Below, in pieces: positions 22,560 to 32,720 of a DNA stretch of 64,000 bases. Position numbers and translations under genes: made by a program. Each line of letters begins with the position of its first letter. The stretch's first letter is position 1. Under the pieces are notes generated by a model, which was not told the DNA's origin, searched no databases, and saw only the letters and a list, made by a program, of their open reading frames with translations. Origin of the DNA: a cyanobacterium endosymbiont of Rhopalodia gibba (GTDB lineage Bacteria; Cyanobacteriota; Cyanobacteriia; Cyanobacteriales; Microcystaceae). The DNA is taken from contig CP067995.1 in assembly GCA_045159875.1 (NCBI GenBank), forward strand, positions 1,184,001 through 1,248,000, written 5' to 3'.

Positions 22560-23750
22560 GGCTTTATTTTCTGTACGACTAATATTTTTTGTCTCTTCAC
22601 TTTAATCTACTCAAATCAAACCTTCTATCAGATCTTGTTCAACGAAAACGGATAGTTGCCTGACTGCTGGAGGACGATCACTAAATTTAATGAGAGCTAG
22701 ATACAATAGATCCTTGTGGCGTTTTCTAAAAATTTTATTCCAGTCTTCTTCATTAATTATTTGTAAAATAACCTAAAAAACAGGACAAAATGTACAAAAT
22801 TTCTTTTTGAATTCTAACTCATTGTTTAATTCCCCTTTCGGAGGAAGTTGTCCTTCTTCAGTGAAAAATTCTAGCAATAGTGTTAATAAAAGTTCATAGG
22901 ACTTAAAGCATTTCAGCTGGTATTGAATTCTATGGGTTAAAAAACTTGAATAAACTGTGAAAACACAAAATGCTTGTGCTTGGATTTCTTTTCGAGGTGC
23001 ACAATAGATTCCCAATTAGAAAGGAATAGAATCAACTTCTGCAATTTGAGTAGTTGATCAAAATAGGTCTTTAATTCTCCTCGTTCATAATTGTTTTGAA
23101 AAGCATTAAGACCGGTAATGATTATATGCCCATAATGGGACCGCGATTATGATCATTTCATTAATCAAGATTTTATAGGTTGATCTTCAAAAATTAAACA
23201 ACACTTCCCGCTGTTTAGCAAGGTCTTCGATAACGTTAATAGGATCACCTAAATTGATGGCATCAACAGAGATATGAGGAGTATCTTTGCCGTAATAGGA
23301 GTCCTATCTTTAACTTTTATATCCTGCTTCAGCAATACGATCAATCTCCCCACTAAGTAATTGTATCCATACTCAAAAAGTTGATTTCGGGGGTAAATAA
23401 CCTCGTTCATAAGACCAAACGGGTTGGCTGCAAGGAATTTTTTTATTTAATAACTGCTTTATTTCGTCCAATTTGGAGCTGTCTGTTTTTTGTTGAAGTG
23501 AGAAGATTAAGACGAGCCAGGGAATATCCTTCAAAAATTAATATGATGTTGGTCTAACCGGTTTTCCCATTCTAGACAGATTTCAATGAGATGTGACAAA
23601 CTCAACAAGAATATTTAAGGCTAAATTAGGGTGATGATCACCCTCAAAGTCTGAATAAAAAAGATAAAGTACTTTGAATTCATCGGTGCTAAATTTGATT
23701 ATGGTTACTTGACAAATTTTATTAGTAATTCGGAAATTTTTTCATTGTTT
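22560..23750 (-). pseudogene. DNA phosphorothioation-associated putative methyltransferase (TIGR04096-like) remnant
   Basis: IKFSTDEFKVLYLFYSDFEGDHHP; GEIDRIAEAGY..DSYY..DAINLGDPINVIED; ITGLNAFQNNYERGELK; LLEFFTEEGQLPPKGEL; KRHKDLLYLALIKFSDRP; many stops and frameshifts. Confidence 0.8.
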
Positions 23751-23856
23751 TATAAAATAAAGTCAAGAAATACTATTTTACTTCTATATATATAAGACGT
23801 TGGGTAAAATTTTATCAATTCTACTACTTTGGCAAGTATTAATGACAGTAATAATA

Positions 23857-23924
23857 TAATTAAAAGTTAAAACAAATAAGTAATTATTGATCAATAATTA
23901 CTTATTTGTTTTAACTTTTAATTA
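23857..23924. repeat. perfect 68-bp palindrome, no loop, centred on GATC
   Basis: TAATTAAAAGTTAAAACAAATAAGTAATTATTGA|TCAATAATTACTTATTTGTTTTAACTTTTAATTA. Confidence 0.97.
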
Positions 23925-24149
23925 CTGTAGTAAAAGCGCATATTAATATAATATTTAATCTTAGAATTTTTTTGTTAAATTAAAGTAATTTAAGCAATAA
24001 TTATTGATATCATTACTGTCATAAAATACTCATCTCAGATATCTATTTTTTTGCTTATTTTAGCTAAGTTTATTTTTTGTTATAGTTCAGGCTTTTAGTT
24101 TAATTTAACTAAAAAAAAGTATTAAATAGTAAAATTTAAAGTCAAATAA

Positions 24150-24610
24150 CTTCAGAATTAAAAATTTACTACCTATTTAAATGTTCTTGTTGCTATAATT
24201 CTTATACTCACTCCTTTGTCAAAATATATTTACACTAAATAATAATTTTTTATCTTTTAATCCTAGCATTTGATAAAAATGCTAATCGGTTTAATTTTTA
24301 AGGGGTTTATACTGAATTTTTATTAAATTGTTCTTGCCTTAAATATTTTAGTATATGTTTTTTTAAAAAAATTAACTCTTCTGTAAATTTACTTCCAGAT
24401 TAATCTTTATAAGATTAAGACAGCTCTCTAATAGTTAATTCATTATGTTACTATTTTTGATAGTTATTTAATAGTTAAATCACAATAGATATAAGTAGTT
24501 GTATTTAAATACATTTCTTCAATCAATCAAACCATCATTATCTCATTTAAGATATAACGGTAGATAATCGTGAGTACTTCTAAGTTTAAAATCTCATGTA
24601 TTAAATTAAA
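24150..24610 (-). mobile_element. heavily decayed ISL3-family fragment
   Basis: 24361-24500 is recognisably homologous to 29015-29180 and to the reverse complement of 31200-31300 (ISL3 N-terminal region). Confidence 0.5.
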
Positions 24611-25307
24611 CTAAATTAAGTGAAGATATTGAGTTTAGCAGAATTTAATTCAAACACAAGATCTGCTATAGTACTAACTATATAGTTATTTTTTAATAAA
24701 AGCTTACTGCAGATAGTCAAATATTTTTTTTATATCTTTTCTTTATATATAAAAAAATGGCTATAATAGTTTATTAGTTCTTTAATACTTCAGCTATTTA
24801 TTCTAAAATCTTAATTTTAGAAATTTGGAAAATCTTATAGATAAAAATTGATTGTCTCCACTTATACTTCTAGTTCTAATTAGAATAGTTAATTTTGACT
24901 GTCTTTTATTGCTCAATAAAGATGATTTTCTAAAAAAAATACTTGTAGGAGTTTATATATTATCTTTTTAAATTTGAGATCTTGATGTTCTATTTATCTA
25001 TAAAATAACTTGAGTCACTTATCCTTACTCCCAAATTTTATAATTATATTGTCCTTTTAATTTTAGATAAAAAATTAGTTAGCTATGACAGTAGCTTATT
25101 AACAGAATAAATATTACTAAAGTGGTTAAAGTAACGCGGATTTGAGCTTAAGTTTATACTCAAAGTTACTCATTGAAAATGGGATAGATAATATCTACTT
25201 TTACTTGTAATATGATATCGATTATTATACTTATAACTTTTTATATTATAATTTTGTTCATAAAAATAGTTTTGTAAATTATAAACTACTAATTTGTTAT
25301 TTTTAGT

Positions 25308-25346
25308 CTTTATAAATCTTTATTTTATGAATAAAGATTTATAAAG
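25308..25346. repeat. inverted repeat, 17-bp arms, 5-nt loop, downstream of dam
   Basis: CTTTATAAATCTTTATT-ttatg-AATAAAGATTTATAAAG. Confidence 0.9.
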
Positions 25347-25406
25347 TAAAAACTTTAAAAATAAAATAAAAGTTATCAATGTTCTGAAAAAGCTATCTGT
25401 AATGTA

Positions 25407-26240
25407 TTAATTTTTAATGAAAATTTCTTTCCCTTTTTTAGCTTTTCCTTGTTTATAATTATTCATACCATATTGAAATTCCCAATCAACAATATTAAAA
25501 TCTTTGAAGTTATTTTTTATTTCTTCAGAGTTATCATAAGTAATTAACCATTTATGTTGACAACTAACCAAACTTTGAGCAAATCTTTGATGATCAAAAG
25601 AGGTATGTAAATTACCATCTTTTCCATATAATTTAGATTGAGTGGCAGTCAAATAAGGAGGATCTAAAAAAATAAATACTTGATCTTCTCCTGGATTAAC
25701 GACTTCACTGTAATCCAAATTGGTGATTTTAACATCTTTTAAAATAGGTTCTAAATTTTTCAGGCGATCAATAGAAGAATCTGTGAATCTAGTTAAAAAA
25801 GATTGATTCGAAAATCCTCCAGATTCTACAATTCCTGAGAAAGTAATTCTATTTAAAATAAAAAACCGAACTGCTCTTTCAAAATCTGATAATTCTTCAA
25901 TGTTAACCGAAGTTAATTTTTTGAAAAGTTTTCGACCATCAGTATAATTGAATTTAATTTCACGCAAAACAATCACTAATTCTTTTAGATCTGATTGAGC
26001 GATCTTCCAAAATAAGTATAATTCGTGGTTTAAATCATTAATCCAAATATCAAGATTAGGATAAGTTTGTTTAAGATAAATGAACATTGATCCCCCACCA
26101 GAAAATGGTTCCCTATATTCGGTATATTTAGATAAATTCTTAGGAAGATGTTGAATAATTTGTTTGATAGCCTTTGATTTACCGCCAGGAAAGCGTAAAG
26201 GACTTTTAACCAAACTATTTGTTCGAGATGTTTTCATCAT
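25407..26240 (-). CDS. dam: Dam-family (D12 class) N6-adenine DNA methyltransferase, orphan
   Basis: KSPLRFPGGKS, EPFSGGGS, IWINDLN, catalytic FLDPPY; no adjacent endonuclease. Confidence 0.85.
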   Translation of the reverse strand: MMKTSRTNSLVKSPLRFPGGKSKAIKQIIQHLPKNLSKYTEYREPFSGGGSMFIYLKQTYPNLDIWINDLNHELYLFWKIAQSDLKELVIVLREIKFNYTDGRKLFKKLTSVNIEELSDFERAVRFFILNRITFSGIVESGGFSNQSFLTRFTDSSIDRLKNLEPILKDVKITNLDYSEVVNPGEDQVFIFLDPPYLTATQSKLYGKDGNLHTSFDHQRFAQSLVSCQHKWLITYDNSEEIKNNFKDFNIVDWEFQYGMNNYKQGKAKKGKEIFIKN

Positions 26241-26263
26241 ATAATTTCAATTATAAATGAATA

Positions 26264-26905
26264 TCAATTAAATACTGACATACCATAAAAGGGTATCACA
26301 TCTGACCAATGAGGGCGTTTTCCCTGTTGCCAATCATAGTAAGCTAATTCGAGAATACTGGTTACAGTACAACCTAATTTTTTAGGGGTTACTAAAAGTT
26401 TTTTCTTTACATTTAAATGCTGTATTTTTTTTTCCCATATATCAGGTTCAATAACCATATCAGGTAAATTACAAATAAATTTTTGGGTCTGATTTTTAAC
26501 TTTATAAATAGCAACATACAATTGTCCCCGTGAAGCTGACATTTGAACAGGAATTAACGAATTGACGGAATAATTATCTTTATTTTGCCAAGCAAAAGCT
26601 TCTAAAGTTGAAATGCCAAAAAGAGGAATATTCAACTGCTGTGCCAACGTCCGTGCTGTAACCACACCAATACGAGTACTGGTAAAACTCCCTGGCCCTT
26701 TTGCAACAGCAATAAATGCCAATTTTTCTAAAACTTTGTGGCTAATAAATTCAACTAAATGTTGATGTAAATAGGTAGATAGTTCGTGATCAACATCCCA
26801 AGTTTGAAAACGGGTTTCTCTTAAAAAATCACTAATACTTAGTCCAAGTTGAAAGCTAGTTGTATGTATAGCAAGACCATACTGAGAAGGAGTCAAGTTA
26901 GACAT
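26264..26905 (-). CDS. tsaB: tRNA threonylcarbamoyladenosine biosynthesis protein TsaB
   Basis: LAIHTT, IAVAKGPGSFTSTRIG, GISTLEA. Confidence 0.9.
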   Translation of the reverse strand: MSNLTPSQYGLAIHTTSFQLGLSISDFLRETRFQTWDVDHELSTYLHQHLVEFISHKVLEKLAFIAVAKGPGSFTSTRIGVVTARTLAQQLNIPLFGISTLEAFAWQNKDNYSVNSLIPVQMSASRGQLYVAIYKVKNQTQKFICNLPDMVIEPDIWEKKIQHLNVKKKLLVTPKKLGCTVTSILELAYYDWQQGKRPHWSDVIPFYGMSVFN

Positions 26906-27246
26906 TTGATGTTAATAATAATTAAGATTAAAGAGCTGGTGGATTAAAGGTTAGAATCTTGGACACAGCGCAAATGAATTATTCATTAATACGAATAAAT
27001 TTATATAATTGAGTCAATCATAACACCTCATGGGATATAGTGATTCATCAAGACAGCACTTAATTTCTGGCTATTACTTGAACCAATAAATTAAATCTTT
27101 AAATAAATTCTTTTCTCTGTTTCTCCCATCTAAAAAATCAAAAATTGAATCTAGGGAAAATCTAAATAAATCTCGGTCCTCTCTCTAACTTTGACTTACT
27201 GTATAATAGTATGTGGAGCCTGACGTGACTTTACTAGGAAAGAACC

Positions 27247-28497
27247 ATGAGCCACTCCGCCCTTCTTGACACTTCCGAGGCATTTGATTATAGCGAGTTT
27301 GATGCCTATGTTATGCACACCTATGAGCGTCTTCCCATTGCTATCGAAAAGGGGCAAGGATGTCGTCTTTGGGATACTGAAGGACGAGAATATTTAGACT
27401 TTGTCGCAGGAATTGCCACTTGTACTCTTGGACACGCCCATCCGGCTTTGATTGAAATAGTTACCCAACAAATCCAAAAACTCCACCACGTCTCTAATTT
27501 TTACTATATTCCTGAACAGGGAGCTTTAGCTAAGTGGCTTGTGGATTGTTCCTGTGCTGATAGTGTTTTTTTCTGCAATTCTGGTGCAGAAGCTAATGAA
27601 GCAGCCATTAAACTAGTAAGAAAATACGCCCATACGGTGCTAGACTCCTGCGAACAACCTGTAATTCTAACCGCCCAAGCCAGTTTTCACGGGCGCACCA
27701 TAGCCACTATTAGCGCTACCGGACAACTCAAATATCAAAAAGATTTCGATCCCCTAGTGCCTGGGTTTGTCTATGTACCCTACAATGATATCAAAACCCT
27801 GGAAGACACGATTACTGACCTAAATAAAAAGAACAGTCGGGTAGTTGCTGTCATGTTAGAACCTCTTCAAGGAGAGGGAGGAGTTCGTCCAGGAGATTTA
27901 GAGTATTTTCTGCGGTTGCGGAAAATTTGTGATGAGAATAATATCCTTTTAGTATTTGATGAAGTCCAAGTCGGGATAGGCCGCTCCGGCAAATTGTGGG
28001 GTTACGAATATTTGGGGATTGAACCAGATATCTTCACTAGCGCGAAAGGACTAGCCGGAGGGATTCCCATTGGGGCGATGATGTGTAAAAAATTCTGCGA
28101 TGTCTTGAGTCCAGGAACCCATGCGAGCACCTTTGGGGGAAACCCCTTTGTCACTGCCGTAGCCTTGACAGTATTAAAAACCATTAAAAAAGAAAATCTC
28201 TTACAGAATGTTCAAGCTAGAGGAGAACAGTTAAGAACTAACTTACGAGCGATCATTCAGAAATATCCTACTTTATTTACAGAGGTTCGAGGATGGGGCT
28301 TAATCAACGGAATAGAACTAAAACAAGAGATTAAATTAACGTCTTTAGATATAGTTAAAGCAGCAATGGAAGATGGGTTATTATTGGCTCCAGCAGGACC
28401 CAAAGTATTACGGTTTGTTCCCCCTCTAATTGTCTCTGAAACGGAGGTAGAACGAGCGACAGAAATCCTAGAACGGGTGTTAGTAAAAATAAGTTAA
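27247..28497 (+). CDS. argD: acetylornithine aminotransferase
   Basis: YLDFVAGIA, CNSGAEANEAAIK, SFHGRT, FDEVQ, AKGLAGG, HASTFGGNP. Confidence 0.93.
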   Translation: MSHSALLDTSEAFDYSEFDAYVMHTYERLPIAIEKGQGCRLWDTEGREYLDFVAGIATCTLGHAHPALIEIVTQQIQKLHHVSNFYYIPEQGALAKWLVDCSCADSVFFCNSGAEANEAAIKLVRKYAHTVLDSCEQPVILTAQASFHGRTIATISATGQLKYQKDFDPLVPGFVYVPYNDIKTLEDTITDLNKKNSRVVAVMLEPLQGEGGVRPGDLEYFLRLRKICDENNILLVFDEVQVGIGRSGKLWGYEYLGIEPDIFTSAKGLAGGIPIGAMMCKKFCDVLSPGTHASTFGGNPFVTAVALTVLKTIKKENLLQNVQARGEQLRTNLRAIIQKYPTLFTEVRGWGLINGIELKQEIKLTSLDIVKAAMEDGLLLAPAGPKVLRFVPPLIVSETEVERATEILERVLVKIS

Positions 28498-28565
28498 TAG
28501 AGTTCTATCGAACCTGTCAAGTAGAACTAACATTTTGATAGATGAGGAAACGGGGAAAAGAGAAG

Positions 28566-28594
28566 CGTGTTACGGAGGAACGTGTTACGGAGGA
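28566..28594. repeat. direct tandem duplication, 15-bp period
   Basis: CGTGTTACGGAGGA-a-CGTGTTACGGAGGA. Confidence 0.9.
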
Positions 28595-28602
28595 TTGAAC
28601 CC

Positions 28603-28644
28603 GCCTTCAACTCTTATCGCCAAGAGGCGATAAGAGTTGAAGGC
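28603..28644. repeat. perfect inverted repeat, 19-bp arms, 4-nt loop, downstream of argD
   Basis: GCCTTCAACTCTTATCGCC-aaga-GGCGATAAGAGTTGAAGGC; no adjacent U-tract. Confidence 0.95.
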
Positions 28645-28851
28645 ATTGCCAGAGCTAAAATTATCCCTCCAAAGAGAGATAAAGTTTAGATAAATCTCGT
28701 TTTTTATTAACTTAACCTTGCGCCATGGTTAGGTATCCAATATGTTCTCTTCTATCTCGTATCCCTCTGGTATGCTAGCTAAAATTGGAGCAATACTAGT
28801 TCCAACTTATTGGACCATAGCATGTAGTTAATCTTTTAAAAATATTCTGGT

Positions 28852-28883
28852 GAGTCAATAGCACTTTTAAGTGCTATTGACTC
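28852..28883. repeat. perfect inverted repeat, 15-bp arms, 2-nt loop
   Basis: GAGTCAATAGCACTT-tt-AAGTGCTATTGACTC. Confidence 0.95.
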
Positions 28884-28899
28884 TTTTGACCAAATTTTC

Positions 28900-29260
28900 A
28901 AGATTTTAAAATTATGAATATCTGACATTCGTTTTAATTTTTCCTCTGAACTGTTTCCTGTTCTCGATTCCTAACTATCAGTTTATTATCTTAAGTTCTG
29001 TAGAACTTATGTTAGTTTTTAAAAACTTAACTCTTCTGTGAGTTTATTTCCATATGAATTAAATCTTATTTGAGGATAATTAATCTTGAAATAGACTGCT
29101 TTTTCTGCCCAATGGAAATCTCTCATAGTTAATTATTGTGATAAAGATTTTTAATAGTTGAAACACAATAAATCTAAGTTGATATTTTGTTTATTGTTCA
29201 AAAAATTAAATTACTTTTAAGGTTTTAAAAATCTAACTATTATCAATGATGAATCTCTAT
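28900..29260 (-). mobile_element. ISL3-family transposase 5' remnant
   Basis: 29015-29110 aligns by eye with the reverse complement of 31200-31300 (the ISL3 segment reading DLPW...ELSF). Confidence 0.6.
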
Positions 29261-29324
29261 AATTATATGCTTTATTCAAATAAATTAAAAAATTAAAAAG
29301 TTAAAAAGTTAAAAAGTTAAAAAA

Positions 29325-29670
29325 ATGAAGTAGTGCTACATAGATATTTACACTAAAATCATAACTACTAACAATAGAACTAATCAAACAACTCAACAAC
29401 TTATAGAGAATTTTTAAGTTAATCATAGTTTTGTTGATAATCGTTTACCTAGAGATTAGGAAATCATAAAAAGTATAAAAACATTTTCTTATAGCTGATA
29501 GACAGTCTCTTTAATCGAGGTAGAATAACTTGATATCGTATTAAAATTTATCGAACAAGATAACGATACTATTCTGCCGGAACTGAGTATTCGCTTACAC
29601 AAAAAATAGGTGTTATAGTTAGTATTTCTACCATGTATCGTTTTAACACAAAAATTACTTAACCTTAAAA
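29325..29670 (+). mobile_element. IS630-family transposase N-terminal (HTH) remnant
   Basis: MK*CYIDIYTKII...QQLIENF*VNHSFV...KFIEQDNDTILPEL resembles MKAYSLDLRQKII...RQLAKRFRVALSFV...LIEANNDATLEEL. Confidence 0.65.
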
Positions 29671-30035
29671 AATAGCTATTAACTTTTTTAGTTATAAAAA
29701 CAATAGTATTTATTTGAATTATTTTTTATATCTAATCTAAACTTTCTGCAAAACAAGCTAATAAAAAAAAATAATAGTTTTACAACTTAAATTCTTTAAA
29801 ATTTTAATAAATAACTGAATCAAATAAAAAATTTTTATTTATAATTTATAAGACAAAGTTCCAATAAGTTTATTTTAAGTGTTGGCGAACAGTGATTATG
29901 AATAATTTTGAGTAGCAACTTTAGGTTTTGCACTTAGTTAAAATTATTGTTTTTGTGTTATCTTAATAGATAAGACTTTTGCTCCTTTATTAGTCCATAA
30001 GTAATCCTATCATTGATGCCAAATCCATTATTGTA

Positions 30036-30093
30036 ATTACCAGAATCTAACTTAATTATCTCCCTTAGAGAGATGAAGTTAGATTCTGGTAAT
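30036..30093. repeat. inverted repeat with 18-bp perfect outer arms
   Basis: ATTACCAGAATCTAACTT...AAGTTAGATTCTGGTAAT with partially paired interior (ATCTC/GAGAT). Confidence 0.9.
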
Positions 30094-30244
30094 CTTAAAA
30101 GTTAATAAAGTACAAAATCTTTTGTCTTAAAACCAATTAAAATATCAATAATAACTATTGATTACAAAAACGATTGGTTTCAATCTTTAAAATTCAACGG
30201 TTGTCCTCACCGGAAAAAAATACAGTTATATTAAATAACCCAAG

Positions 30245-30880
30245 ATGTTTTCCTCCACTAATGCCATTCCAGTAAATAACATTCGGTACAATGAACAAGG
30301 ATTAGTCCCTGTGATCACCCAGGATTATTTGGATGGAACAGTTTTAATGATGGCTTGGATGAACAGAGAGTCTTTACAAAAAACTTTAGTAACAGGAGAA
30401 ACATGGTATTGGAGTCGCTCTCGACAGGAATTATGGCATAAAGGGATGACCTCTGGACATATTCAAAAGGTTAAAGAAATTCGCTATGACTGCGATAGTG
30501 ATGCCTTATTAATTACGGTGGAACAACTTGGAAATATTGCTTGTCACACGGGGGAAAGAAGCTGTTTTCACCAATTAGACAGTCGGAAGGTAGCTCCCCC
30601 AGCTGATACCTTATCGGGGGTGTTTGAAGTAATCTGTAACCGTCGAGATCATCCTGTTAAGGAATCGTATACCTGCAGTTTATTAGAGGGAAGAGACAAT
30701 AAAATTCTCAAAAAAATAGGAGAAGAATCAGCCGAAGTAATAATGGCTTGTAAGGATGACGATCCGGAGGCAATTGCCTCTGAAGTAGCTGATTTGTTCT
30801 ATCATACTTTGGTGGCTTTATCTTATCATAAAGTTGATATTAAAGACGTTTATCGGAAGTTACAAGACAGAAGGCGATAA
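30245..30880 (+). CDS. hisIE: bifunctional phosphoribosyl-AMP cyclohydrolase / phosphoribosyl-ATP diphosphatase
   Basis: [41 protein letters not shown]. Confidence 0.95.
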   Translation: MFSSTNAIPVNNIRYNEQGLVPVITQDYLDGTVLMMAWMNRESLQKTLVTGETWYWSRSRQELWHKGMTSGHIQKVKEIRYDCDSDALLITVEQLGNIACHTGERSCFHQLDSRKVAPPADTLSGVFEVICNRRDHPVKESYTCSLLEGRDNKILKKIGEESAEVIMACKDDDPEAIASEVADLFYHTLVALSYHKVDIKDVYRKLQDRRR

Positions 30881-31079
30881 AATTCAGAAATGTATTCCTG
30901 CCAAACCTGTAATGTAAAAATCTAAAATATAAAGAGAAAGTTTGAGTGTCAATCAAAGGCTTGTCCGAAGGTATGTTATTGGACATAATTGTTGTATAGC
31001 TGATAATACGACTAGTTTTGTATTCAAATTAAATTATATTGGGCTCGATGTTTTCATTTTATTGATACCTACAGTATCA

Positions 31080-32050
31080 AATACTTAAATTACTTTAATG
31101 AATTAAACTCTAAATTTAGAAGGGTTTCCAATTACCCACTATCAGGTTTTAAATGAAATAGTAATAATTGAATATATCGAAAAATATGATAGATTTACCT
31201 TGGACAGAGAGAGCTGTCTATTTCAGAATTGATATTCGTTAAATGAGATCTGATCAATATAGAAATAAATTCATACAAGAGTTAAGTTTTAAAAAAAAGA
31301 AAAGAACATATGCTGGAATATTCCAGATAAACATAAAGGAAGTTAAGGAAGTTATTGTATAGTGTTAGCAAATTTCTATAAAGAAGTGAGCCTAAGAATC
31401 ATATGAACTGTAACATCCAAAGAAATACTAGAATAGCTAAGCTAAAAGCTTGAAGAGAATGTTTTGACTAAAATCGAATAGGTTAGTATAGACCTTAGTA
31501 AATATTATAATATAAAACTGTTGTGAATAAACTAATCCCAGAAACTGAGATGATGGTAGATAGTTTTCATATGATGAAATAAGTTGATGCTCAATTTAGG
31601 TAGTCAAAGAAACCCTCTTAAAGCAAAAGCTAAATAGCTTGACAACACTAATCACAAATAAGAAATATTTTAATATTTTTCTTAAAAAGTATATTGATTA
31701 CTAAGAAAAAGAAGATTTTAGCAAAGAAGAAAAAAGCTAAATTAATTAGGTATATAAAACACGATTTATCTTTTCAAAAAAACATGAACTTGAAGAGTGT
31801 TTTAGAATGTTTTAGAAAAAAATAAATACTGTATATCAGGACTATTAAAATTAGATGATTAATATTTAAAAACTGTGGAATAACTAGGCTTAGATAAGGA
31901 AAAATAGTCCATATTTTTCCTAGTTAACTACTTAACAAAAAGTAAGAGGTGTTAATAGCAAATTGAAGTTGATTGAAAGGAAAGCTTATGGATTCAAAAA
32001 ATTCGTTAATTTTTAACTCCTAGGTTTTTCAACTTAGCATTCAACTAATT
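31080..32050 (+). mobile_element. ISL3-family transposase pseudogene (near full span, internally deleted)
   Basis: DLPWTERAVYFRIDIR*MR...ELSFKKKKRTY; KIE*VSIDL; LIPETEMMVDSFHMMK; GVNSKLKLIERKAYGFKKFVNF. Confidence 0.85.
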
Positions 32051-32059
32051 AGTTCCACA

Positions 32060-32580
32060 TCATCAGTTCGGTATAACTAGAAATGTTGACTCTTAACGAT
32101 TTAATCATTAACTTTTTTTAAAAAAATTCAATTCTAAGTTATAAAAATCGACAGATCCATGATCGAAATAGGGTCCGGCGTGCCAGGTTCCTATCACTCA
32201 ATTAACAAAACAAAAACAATCACCCGGAATTCTAAAAGCTTTTAATTAAGTACTGTCAGGATAATCTTTTTTAGAGGAAGGGACAACTAACTGCTAATAA
32301 CCATTATTTTCCTTCAAGAGACCCTAAACATTGGGTACAATGACTATCTATCATGAGTGACTTTAGAGAATTTATAACCCTGTTCATGTAATCACATAAT
32401 ACAGATTCTAGGAAATTTCTTTTCTAGGCTTAATTGTGCATCAATTTTATCACAAAGGTTATCTCTTTCGGAAGGGATGATAATCTGTCCGTAGAGTTTA
32501 AAAGTTTAAAAGCTGATTTGACAAATTTTGAGAAGTTTTAGACTATGAGTAGTTATTTGTAATTGGGTAATCTCGACTCA
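32060..32580 (-). pseudogene. ureidoglycolate lyase/hydrolase remnant
   Basis: FKLYGQII...DAQLSL...PRICIM*L; CTQCLGSLEGK*WLLAV; AFRIPGDCF; GTWHAGPYFDHGSVDFYNLEL. Confidence 0.8.
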
Positions 32581-32720
32581 TTACTACATCAGAAAAATAA
32601 TTTTTAAACTTAACATTAGGGATAAATTATTCGTCAGTCAACTTCAACTTTAGAGATTATAAAGTATGGTAAAAACGTTAAAACATAGTTATCTATATTA
32701 TATATATTTGAACTTAAGTT

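Noticed and set aside
28566..28644. Direct repeat plus hairpin as a mini CRISPR array
   Set aside because: Only two adjacent 14-bp copies with no spacer; no cas genes.
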